Positions 56,479 through 64,000 of a DNA stretch of 64,000 nt are shown here, piece after piece. The notes beneath the pieces are model-generated. The model saw nothing but the letters and a program-made list of their open reading frames with translations, did no database searches and had not been told where the DNA came from. The stretch is from Candidatus Kaiserbacteria bacterium (GTDB taxonomy: Bacteria; Patescibacteriota; Minisyncoccia; Phycocordibacterales; Phycocordibacteraceae), in NCBI GenBank assembly GCA_023264445.1, contig JAHFMN010000002.1, forward strand, positions 2,365-66,364, given 5' to 3'. The position numbers were made by a program, and so were the translations under genes. Each line of letters begins with the position of its first letter. Position 1 is the first letter of the stretch.

Positions 56479-58871
56479 ACGGGACGCATCTCACCCCAAT
56501 TCGGACCAGTCTTCATTGCTGTGATAACTGGCACTCCATTCGTCTCTGCGCTCGTCAAAACCGATTCCATTATTTCTTTTATTTTTGAACCAAGTTCTTC
56601 GATACGAGTGGAACGAATCTCATACACCAATTCGTCGTGCACCTGAAGCAGCAAGTATGCATCTTCAAGCGCATGTTCTTTCTCTAACATCTCATCCACG
56701 CGCACCATCGCAAGCTTGATGATGTCGGCCTGCGTACCCTGCAAAGGTGCATTGATAGCCATACGCTCGGCCTGCGCGCGCACATACGGCAATGTCGACT
56801 TCATCTCGGGGAATTGGCGGCGGCGACCGAATAAGGTCTCCGTGTAGCCATGTTTTCTTGCAAACCCGCGTGTGCTCTCCAGATATTCGGCAAGCGTCTT
56901 GAATGTCGCGAAGTATTCTTCGAGATACTGATGCGCTTCAGCGGTAGTCGAGCCGAGCTGGGTACGAAGCGCATTCACGCCCATCCCGTAGAGAATGCCG
57001 AAATTGATGACTTTCGCACGCCGGCGCATCTCTTGATCCACCGCTTCCGGAGCGACGTGGAATACTTGCGCCGCGACCTCTTGATGGACGTCACGACCGC
57101 TCTTGAATATGTCGCAGAGTTTCTTGTCGCCCGAGAGGATAGCGGCGAGACGCAGTTCTATCTGCGAATAGTCGAGTGAAACGAGTGTAAATCCTTTCGG
57201 TGCGGTGAAGGCATGGCGGATTGCCCGACCGCGTGCAGAGTGAATCGGGATGTTCTGAAGGTTCGGATTCTGACTTGCCATGCGTCCTGTTACCGCCCCA
57301 GTCTGGATGAACTCGGCATGCAGGCGATGTTCCGTATCGAGGAGGGGTGGCAGATTCTCGATGTAGGTCGAAAGGAGTTTTTTCACTTCGCGATATTCCA
57401 AAATATCGCTGATGATCGGATGCTCCATGCGAATTTTCTCCAATTCGCTCTCGCGGGTTGAGCGTTGGCCGCCTGCAGTTTTCTTTTGCCGTTCAGGAAT
57501 GATTTTCAGCTCGTCGAAGAGCACTTCGCCGAGCTGTTTCGGCGAGCTCACGTTAAACTCGCGCCCCGCGGCCTTATAGATGCGTTTCTCAATTGCATGC
57601 AGTTCGACACTATACGTGGAAGAAAGATCTTTGAGCACGTCGGTATCGATGAGGACGCCGCGCGATTCCATTCTCCGTATGACGGGAATGAGCGGCTTTT
57701 CAATATGTTCATAGACCTCGCGCACCTTACCGAGAGCGGCTAGTTGCTTCCCAAGCGCTGCATATGCAGCCGCAAATGTGCGCTGCTTCGTGAAAGCGAG
57801 GACATCATCGACCGATGGATTCGTGAATTCTGACGAAATGAGCCAGAGCATCGCCTGCGCTTCGGAAAGTGCAGTTGGTTCCACTTCTTCAGGAGTCGGT
57901 TCCGGTTCGACGGTGTCTTCCGCACTAGTGCTCGACTGGTTGAAAACGGCTTTTACCCTCTCTCGAAGAGAACGAAAACCGAATGTATCGAATAATTCCA
58001 ATACCTTCGTGGTCACTACTCCTTCTTTCCAAGGTTTTTCGGGGAGTACGAATGCAATCGGCGCATCGGTGCGTATCGTGGCAAGCGCCTTTGAAAAATA
58101 GGCAGCCTCCTCATTATCGAGGACGAGCTGTAGGTAACGCTTCTGTATGCCCGTTTCTTTTGCAATCGGTTCAACGCCTTTCTTCTTGAGGATCTTGTAG
58201 ATGGCATCGAGATCGCCATACTTCTGGATGAGTTTCAGCGCGCTCCCCTCGCCGACGCCAGGCACTCCCTTTATATTGTCGGACGGATCGCCCATGATGC
58301 CTTTCAGATCGCGGATGAGGAGCGGCTTGAAGCCAAATCGTTCTTCCACCTTCTCTTCGTCATACAAGATAGTGTCATTTAGCCCGCGCTTGAGTGTAAA
58401 GACGCGCACGCGCTCATCATCCACCAACTGCAGCATATCCATATCGCCCGATGCAATGATGACGTCGATATTTTTCTCCACCGCAAGCGTGTGTGCGATG
58501 GTCCCGAGTAGGTCATCGGCCTCGAACCCTTTTCGTTCATATACGGGAATAGAGAATGCTTCAAATATTTCCCGCGAACGTTCAATCTGCATCGAGAGTG
58601 CATCTTCCATCTTCGCGCGCGTGCCTTTATACGCTTCGTACGCTTCGTGACGAACGGTCGGTCCGGGAAGGTCATAGCAGGCGGCCATGTAGTCCGGCTT
58701 CAGATCATTAATTATCTTTAAGAGCATCGCAACGAGGCCATAGAGTGCGCCGGTTGGCTCTCCCGATGGACCAGTCAATTCTGCGGCAGATAATGCATGG
58801 TAGGCACGGTGAATAATTGCGTGCGTATCAAGAAGCACAATACGTTTCCTCTCAGAAAGTTTTTTACCCAT
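56475..58871 (-). CDS. polA: DNA polymerase I (5'-3' exo + polymerase; proofreading domain largely missing)
   Basis: EADD, GDPSDNIKGV, DYSQIELR, AK.INFG..YG, LQVHDEL motifs. Confidence 0.97.
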   Translation of the reverse strand: MGKKLSERKRIVLLDTHAIIHRAYHALSAAELTGPSGEPTGALYGLVAMLLKIINDLKPDYMAACYDLPGPTVRHEAYEAYKGTRAKMEDALSMQIERSREIFEAFSIPVYERKGFEADDLLGTIAHTLAVEKNIDVIIASGDMDMLQLVDDERVRVFTLKRGLNDTILYDEEKVEERFGFKPLLIRDLKGIMGDPSDNIKGVPGVGEGSALKLIQKYGDLDAIYKILKKKGVEPIAKETGIQKRYLQLVLDNEEAAYFSKALATIRTDAPIAFVLPEKPWKEGVVTTKVLELFDTFGFRSLRERVKAVFNQSSTSAEDTVEPEPTPEEVEPTALSEAQAMLWLISSEFTNPSVDDVLAFTKQRTFAAAYAALGKQLAALGKVREVYEHIEKPLIPVIRRMESRGVLIDTDVLKDLSSTYSVELHAIEKRIYKAAGREFNVSSPKQLGEVLFDELKIIPERQKKTAGGQRSTRESELEKIRMEHPIISDILEYREVKKLLSTYIENLPPLLDTEHRLHAEFIQTGAVTGRMASQNPNLQNIPIHSARGRAIRHAFTAPKGFTLVSLDYSQIELRLAAILSGDKKLCDIFKSGRDVHQEVAAQVFHVAPEAVDQEMRRRAKVINFGILYGMGVNALRTQLGSTTAEAHQYLEEYFATFKTLAEYLESTRGFARKHGYTETLFGRRRQFPEMKSTLPYVRAQAERMAINAPLQGTQADIIKLAMVRVDEMLEKEHALEDAYLLLQVHDELVYEIRSTRIEELGSKIKEIMESVLTSAETNGVPVITAMKTGPNWGEMRPV

Positions 58872-59307
58872 ACAAAATCGAAATAGTGCGCGAATCCTCG
58901 GATTCTACTGTCAGGATAATTTGTATTGTTGGCGATGGGAGCGCGTCTACCACTTTCTCCGGCCACTCAAGAAAAATAAGATTGGTGGGATCGCGCATGA
59001 GTTCATCAAAACCGAGCGAAGCGAGATCGCTTCCCTGTTCCAAGCGATACGCGTCGATATGGACAAGCCGCTTGAATGGCTTTCCTTCTGGAAGCAGGTA
59101 GATTTTTTCAAGCACAAAGGTCGGACTCGTCACGGTTTCCTCGACGCCGAGCGCTCTCGCGGCCGTCTGTGTGAAGGTGGTCTTCCCTGCTCCAAGCTCT
59201 CCCGAAAGCGTTACCAGGGTTGCTCCTTTTTCGCTCGGCGAGAGGAGGGAGGAGAACCGTACAGCCTCCATTTCAAATTCTGCAAGCGTGTTGACCGTTT
59301 TCCCCAT
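58864..59307 (-). CDS. tsaE: tRNA threonylcarbamoyladenosine ATPase TsaE
   Basis: GELGAGKTTF, SPTF, HIDAYRL, EWPE motifs. Confidence 0.96.
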   Translation of the reverse strand: MGKTVNTLAEFEMEAVRFSSLLSPSEKGATLVTLSGELGAGKTTFTQTAARALGVEETVTSPTFVLEKIYLLPEGKPFKRLVHIDAYRLEQGSDLASLGFDELMRDPTNLIFLEWPEKVVDALPSPTIQIILTVESEDSRTISILYG

Positions 59308-59381
59308 GAGGAAGATTGTACCGCTGAATAGGAAAGTGCGCCTGCCGGGTAGACAGGCGCACGTGACTAAGTCGCCCCTCC

Positions 59382-59642
59382 CTAGCGACCGTAGTAGAAA
59401 ATCCAGTTGGATGGGGACATCACCCGCGGCGGGTAGTAATACACGAGTGGCGGAAGCTGCATGTACATATACAGTGACGGGGACAGAGCACCATTCAGTA
59501 CGTACGGGGCCGGTGAATACAGGTAGCCTGCCGACTGCTGAATAGGTGTCCCTTCCACGTATATGATACGCACCGGCACAATGCCACAGCCGGAGAGCAT
59601 CACCGCAATTGCTATGAAAAGAACGGGAAGCGCAACCCTCAT
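59382..59642 (-). CDS. Small putative lipoprotein
   Basis: Lipobox LSGC, Y/P-rich; GGAG SD, TTGACA promoter, terminator at ~59337-59362. Confidence 0.6.
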   Translation of the reverse strand: MRVALPVLFIAIAVMLSGCGIVPVRIIYVEGTPIQQSAGYLYSPAPYVLNGALSPSLYMYMQLPPLVYYYPPRVMSPSNWIFYYGR

Positions 59643-59745
59643 GGCTGTCTCCATGGTTAATCAGACAAAAAATAATATACTACAATATAGCACCTTATGT
59701 CAAGGCTTTCCATTACGGACTTTGTCCGAGTGGTATTATGGGCCG

Positions 59746-61404
59746 ATGGTTTCTCATTTTGATACTGAAAGCGAAGATACGAAGCTCGCCGACGTGCGAG
59801 CACGCGAAGAAGAAGACGTCACACACATCCTCTCCGAGAAATACGGCATGACCTATGCCGATCTGACATTGAAGGAAATCGATAACGAGGCACTCCGTGT
59901 CATTCCCGAGGAGACCGCGCGGCTTGTTGAGGCGGCGGCCTTTTTGAAAACAGGAAAAACACTTTCACTCGCGATTCACAATCCAAATAATTCGGCACTT
60001 GAAAAACTACTTGCCGAACTGACCGGTCGTGGATTTCAGCTCCAGAAATATCTAGTATCAAAAAAGAGTCTCGATAAGATCCTCGGACGCTATACCGGCC
60101 TCTCGTTTGCAACTGAATCAAGAGCGGGTGTACTTACCATTTCTCCTGCAGTACATGGGACGTTGAATGGAAGGGGTGCATTCCAAAGTGCGCTTGATGC
60201 CGCAACCGCACTGAAGTCGCTCGAACGCGTTTCCCAGGTTCTCGAAATAATTCTTGCCGGTGCCTTCGCGCTTCGCGCTTCCGACATTCATCTCGAGCCG
60301 GAAGAGTCAAAGACGCTCCTGCGCCTGCGCATCGATGGTCTCCTTTCTGACACATACTCCTTCGACCCAGATATATCTCTCCAGCTTAACTCGCGCATCA
60401 AGCTCCTCTCGGGCGCGAAGCTTAATATCGCTAATCGAGCGCAAGATGGACGTTTTACTATCGAAAAAGGTACGAGTGAAATCGAAATTCGTTCTTCTTT
60501 CATTCCAGGCAACTATGGTGAATCTATCGTGTTGCGTATCCTTGACCCCGAGACGACTGCTGTCTCATACAAAGAGCTTGGTATTCATTCGAAGCTACTT
60601 GCGCGTCTTGAGAAAGAGATCCGCCGACCTAACGGCATGCTCCTCACTACTGGACCCACCGGAAGCGGTAAGACGACGACACTCTATGCCTTTCTCCGTG
60701 AGATAAATGCCCCGGAAATAAAGGTCATCACGATTGAAGACCCCATCGAATACCACCTCGCAGGAATCGTACAGACGCAGGTTGAAGGAAATAAATACAC
60801 ATTCGCAGAAGGACTCAAGTCCATCGTGCGCCAGGACCCCGACATCATCATGGTCGGCGAAATACGGGATGGAGAGACCGCCAACATTGCGATTCAAGCG
60901 GCACTCACTGGTCATTTTGTCTTCTCGACGCTCCACACGAATGATGCTGCTGGCACTTTCCCACGCCTCGCTGACCTCGGCGCGGACCCGAAATCATTTG
61001 GCTCGGCAATCAGCGTGTCGATGGCGCAGCGCCTCGTACGTAGACTTGACCCAAAAAAGAAAAGAGAGCGCCCGCTTACGGCCGACGAGAAAAAGATGGT
61101 TCATAGCGTGTTGGAGTCGCTTACCGACAAAGCTCTTGTACCAGAAAAGATAGACACCGTGTGGGAGCCTGCTCCGGAAAACGATGAGGAGACAGGGTAC
61201 AAGGGGCGTGTCGGTTTATATGAAGCTATTTTTATGGACGATGAGCTCGCACATTTCCTCCGCGACAATCCACCAGAAAATGAAATTGCGAAACTAGTAC
61301 AAAAACAGGGATACCTCACGATGGCGCAGGACGGCATCTTGAAGGCACTTGCCGGTATTACCTCCCTCTCCGAAATCGCCGCCGCTGTCGATCTCCCACG
61401 ATGA
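59746..61404 (+). CDS. pilB: GspE/PilB-type secretion/pilus ATPase
   Basis: ASDIHLEP, GPTGSGKTT, TIEDPIEY, RQDPD.IMVGEIRD, TGH..FSTLHTN motifs. Confidence 0.92.
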   Translation: MVSHFDTESEDTKLADVRAREEEDVTHILSEKYGMTYADLTLKEIDNEALRVIPEETARLVEAAAFLKTGKTLSLAIHNPNNSALEKLLAELTGRGFQLQKYLVSKKSLDKILGRYTGLSFATESRAGVLTISPAVHGTLNGRGAFQSALDAATALKSLERVSQVLEIILAGAFALRASDIHLEPEESKTLLRLRIDGLLSDTYSFDPDISLQLNSRIKLLSGAKLNIANRAQDGRFTIEKGTSEIEIRSSFIPGNYGESIVLRILDPETTAVSYKELGIHSKLLARLEKEIRRPNGMLLTTGPTGSGKTTTLYAFLREINAPEIKVITIEDPIEYHLAGIVQTQVEGNKYTFAEGLKSIVRQDPDIIMVGEIRDGETANIAIQAALTGHFVFSTLHTNDAAGTFPRLADLGADPKSFGSAISVSMAQRLVRRLDPKKKRERPLTADEKKMVHSVLESLTDKALVPEKIDTVWEPAPENDEETGYKGRVGLYEAIFMDDELAHFLRDNPPENEIAKLVQKQGYLTMAQDGILKALAGITSLSEIAAAVDLPR

Positions 61405-61808
61405 AAAAGAAACTCGCAAAACACTCCGGCTCATGTCAGTGTGGCGCAATACGATTCTCCTTTGGCGGCGTGCTAGACGACATTTGGTTCTGTCACTGCA
61501 CACAGTGCCGAAAGAATTATGGAATGTATGGTGCGTTTGTAGGAACGCTACGAGAAAATTTTACTATAAACAAAACAAGGAAGTTGCGTTCATATAAATC
61601 CTCCGCAGATATTAGGAGAACTTTTTGCGGCACCTGTGGCTCGCCGATTACGTGGGACCGGAAGGGTTACACACGCATCTATGTACTCGCGGGTTTATTG
61701 GACGGAAAAGTGAAAATTACCCACGGCAAACACATTTTTACGAAAAATAAAGGCGGCTACTATCAAATTTGCGATTCTTTACCTCAATACAAAACCGTTC
61801 CTAAATAA
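61401..61808 (+). CDS. GFA family (Zn-binding) protein
   Basis: GSCQCG, CHC.QCRK, R.FCGTCGS motifs. Confidence 0.9.
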   Translation: MKKKLAKHSGSCQCGAIRFSFGGVLDDIWFCHCTQCRKNYGMYGAFVGTLRENFTINKTRKLRSYKSSADIRRTFCGTCGSPITWDRKGYTRIYVLAGLLDGKVKITHGKHIFTKNKGGYYQICDSLPQYKTVPK

Positions 61809-61810
61809 AT

Positions 61811-62030
61811 CCCGTCCATATGTAAGCATATGCACGGTCGTTCGGCGCAGAAGGATATGAGAGTACTCACATCCTTCTGACCTCTCTTCCCGTCCATAGT
61901 CCTCAAGGCAAAACCCGCAATAAATCGCGGGGAAGACGAGACACCTGAGGAGATTCGCAGTGCCAGCACCGAAGTACCGGACCACAAAGTCCTTGGGGAA
62001 ACGCCTAAAGCCGTCAAGCCTTGCCTAGAG
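61811..62030 (-). ncRNA. Candidate structured ncRNA
   Basis: At least five consecutive hairpins, including C(UUCG)G, with G-U pairs favouring the minus strand. Confidence 0.4.
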
Positions 62031-62085
62031 GAGTATGAACAGGATCAAAAAAACTATGATAGAATGCTAGCATCATATAAATTTT

Positions 62086-63087
62086 ATGTCAAGTCCTTTG
62101 AAGAATCTCACGTCCATACCTTCATCGCTTGATGCCGCTCTACGCCCGTCTCACTGGGACGAATATGTGGGTCAGAAGCAAGTAAAAGCAAACGTGCGTA
62201 TCAATATCGACGCAGCGAAGAAGCGCGGGGGCATGCCGGAACATATCCTCTTCTATGGTCCGCCCGGCGTCGGGAAGACGACGCTCGCCCACCTCATCGC
62301 TACGACGCTTGAATCCCCTCTCAAGAGTACTTCCGGAGTCGCCATCGAGCGCGCAGGCGACCTTGCAGCTATTCTTACCAATCTTGAGCCGCATACCGTC
62401 CTTTTCATTGATGAGATTCATCGCCTATCACGCAAGATAGAAGAACTTCTCTACCCCGCGCTTGAATCGGGGCACCTCGACATCGTGCTGGGGAAAGGTC
62501 CTTCGGCACGCACGGTTGAGCTCTCTCTTCCCCCGTTTATGCTCGTGGGGGCGACGACGCGGGTTGCGGAATTATCCGGACCGCTTCGCTCACGGTTTGG
62601 CGGCGGTGTGTTTCAGCTTGATTTCTATAATGATGATGATTTGCGCGATATCATCCGCCGCTCGGCACTCTTGCTTAATCTTGCAGCGCCGGAAGAAGTT
62701 ATTGAGCGCATTGCCGCAAGAAGCCGTGCAACCCCACGAGTCGCAAATGCACTCTTAAAGCGCGTCCGTGACTTTTCTGAAGTGCATGAGCGTGCACTCT
62801 CCGCCGCGCTCTGCGATGAGGCGTGCACACTCTTCGGTATTGATGCACATGGCCTGACCAAAGATGACCGCCGATACCTCGAAACTCTTCTTAAGAGTTT
62901 TCGAGGGGGCCCGGCAGGAGTAGGGGCGCTTGCAGCCGCTCTCCATGAGGACGTCGATACGGTTGAACATGTGTATGAACCATATCTGCTGCGTCTTGGT
63001 TTTATTGAGCGCTCGCCGCGAGGCCGTATCCTCACCTCAAGCGGCCGTTTGTATTTGAGCGGCGGAAATGATGGTGATATGTTCTAA
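62086..63087 (+). CDS. ruvB: Holliday junction branch migration helicase RuvB
   Basis: LRP, GPPGVGKTTLA, FIDEIHRL, GATTR, YEPYL motifs. Confidence 0.98.
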   Translation: MSSPLKNLTSIPSSLDAALRPSHWDEYVGQKQVKANVRINIDAAKKRGGMPEHILFYGPPGVGKTTLAHLIATTLESPLKSTSGVAIERAGDLAAILTNLEPHTVLFIDEIHRLSRKIEELLYPALESGHLDIVLGKGPSARTVELSLPPFMLVGATTRVAELSGPLRSRFGGGVFQLDFYNDDDLRDIIRRSALLLNLAAPEEVIERIAARSRATPRVANALLKRVRDFSEVHERALSAALCDEACTLFGIDAHGLTKDDRRYLETLLKSFRGGPAGVGALAAALHEDVDTVEHVYEPYLLRLGFIERSPRGRILTSSGRLYLSGGNDGDMF

Positions 63088-63089
63088 AG

Positions 63090-63641
63090 ATGTCCGGGCA
63101 CAGTAAATGGTCACAAATCAAGCGACAGAAATCGGTAACTGATGCGGCAAAGAGTCGTACATTCTCGCGTTTTGCGCGCCTTATCACGCTTGAGTCGAAA
63201 AAGGCAGGAGGGGTGATGAGTACTCCCAGTCTTTCAACCGCTATCGCGCGGGCAAAAGCCGCCAATATGCCGAAAGAAAATATCGAGCGTGCAATCGCGA
63301 AAGGCACCTCAAAAGATTCGGGGAATCTCGAACAGATTCTATACGAAGCATACGGCCCAGGCGGCGTCGCTATCCTTATCGATGCACTGACCGACAATAA
63401 GAATCGCACGACACAGGAAGTGAAACATCTCCTTTCCTTACAAGGGGTAGAACTCGCCGCTCCAGGAGCAGCGAGCTGGGCATTTAAAAAAGCTGGTGCG
63501 GTATATGAAGCAAATGGACTTTTAATTGAGGTCGCCGGAACCGACGAAGAACATCTCTCTACCATTCTTGACGCACTTGATGAACATGAAGATGTACAGC
63601 GGGTATTCACGAACGCAGTCGGTTATGAAGACACCGAATAA
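63090..63641 (+). CDS. yebC: YebC/PmpR family protein (internally shortened)
   Basis: MSGHSKW, NMPKENIERAI, YEAYGPGG, TDNKNRT, DVQ.VFTN motifs. Confidence 0.93.
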   Translation: MSGHSKWSQIKRQKSVTDAAKSRTFSRFARLITLESKKAGGVMSTPSLSTAIARAKAANMPKENIERAIAKGTSKDSGNLEQILYEAYGPGGVAILIDALTDNKNRTTQEVKHLLSLQGVELAAPGAASWAFKKAGAVYEANGLLIEVAGTDEEHLSTILDALDEHEDVQRVFTNAVGYEDTE

Positions 63642-64000
63642 ACATCCTCCTAGGGTGCTGGCGATTGATCCTGGATACGACCGCCTCGGCATCGCGGTCA
63701 TCGAGGGAAATCCATCGCGCCCGACGCTCGTTATGAGCGACTGTGTGCTACCCGAGAAAGGGGCTCGTGAAGAACGCTTGTCTTATGTATCAAAAGCAGT
63801 GCATGCTGCAATTAAAAGGTACGCGCCCGATGCACTTGCTATCGAAACTCTTTTCTTCAGCGTCAATAAGAAAACAGCTCTCGGCGTCGCTGAAGCGCGC
63901 GGTGCGGTCCTTGCCGCGGCAGGAAATGCTTCTCTCCCGGTCATCGAATGTTCTCCTCAACAAGTGAAGTTGGCAGTTACCGGCTACGGCGGTGCCGATA
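63625..64000 (+). CDS. ruvC: Crossover junction endodeoxyribonuclease RuvC (runs off window)
   Basis: Manual translation RVLAIDPGYDRLG...AIETLFF..N...VAEARG...P.QVKLAVTGYG. Confidence 0.95.
   Translation, partial: MKTPNKHPPRVLAIDPGYDRLGIAVIEGNPSRPTLVMSDCVLPEKGAREERLSYVSKAVHAAIKRYAPDALAIETLFFSVNKKTALGVAEARGAVLAAAGNASLPVIECSPQQVKLAVTGYGGAD

Overview
A 64-kb chromosomal segment that looks like a reduced-genome Patescibacteria/CPR (Parcubacteria-like) bacterium using genetic code 11. This assignment is inferred from gene content: rplK without rplA, split metG, short polA/yebC/holA, a pilMNO cluster, a giant PG-binding surface protein, tRNA-Arg(GCG), and a -10 box directly before many ATGs. Most of the window is housekeeping: ribosomal proteins, four aaRS genes (metG, glyQS, ileS, argS), recA/recO/ruvABC, ftsK, polA, pili, a thymidylate/folate cluster and 9 tRNAs. 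The non-coding sequence carries the unusual signals. (1) Recombinase-less mini gene cassettes are anchored at tRNA-Arg genes: two in tandem behind tRNA-Arg(TCT) and one behind tRNA-Arg(CCG). They share a structured spacer, inverted TCGAACT/AGTTCGA ends and a degenerate tRNA-3'-end site. (2) About 100-nt elements behind tRNA-His, tRNA-Leu and rplK have a conserved scaffold, but their flanks are copies of their own target. (3) Two isolated DGR-target-like genes share a promoter/leader and 3' repeats, with no reverse transcriptase in the window. (4) A wHTH gene next to ftsK contains an intragenic TGTCCTT array. (5) A repeated leader element sits in front of two tRNAs, and there are several structured ncRNA candidates. 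All alignments and folds were done by eye; no database searches were run.
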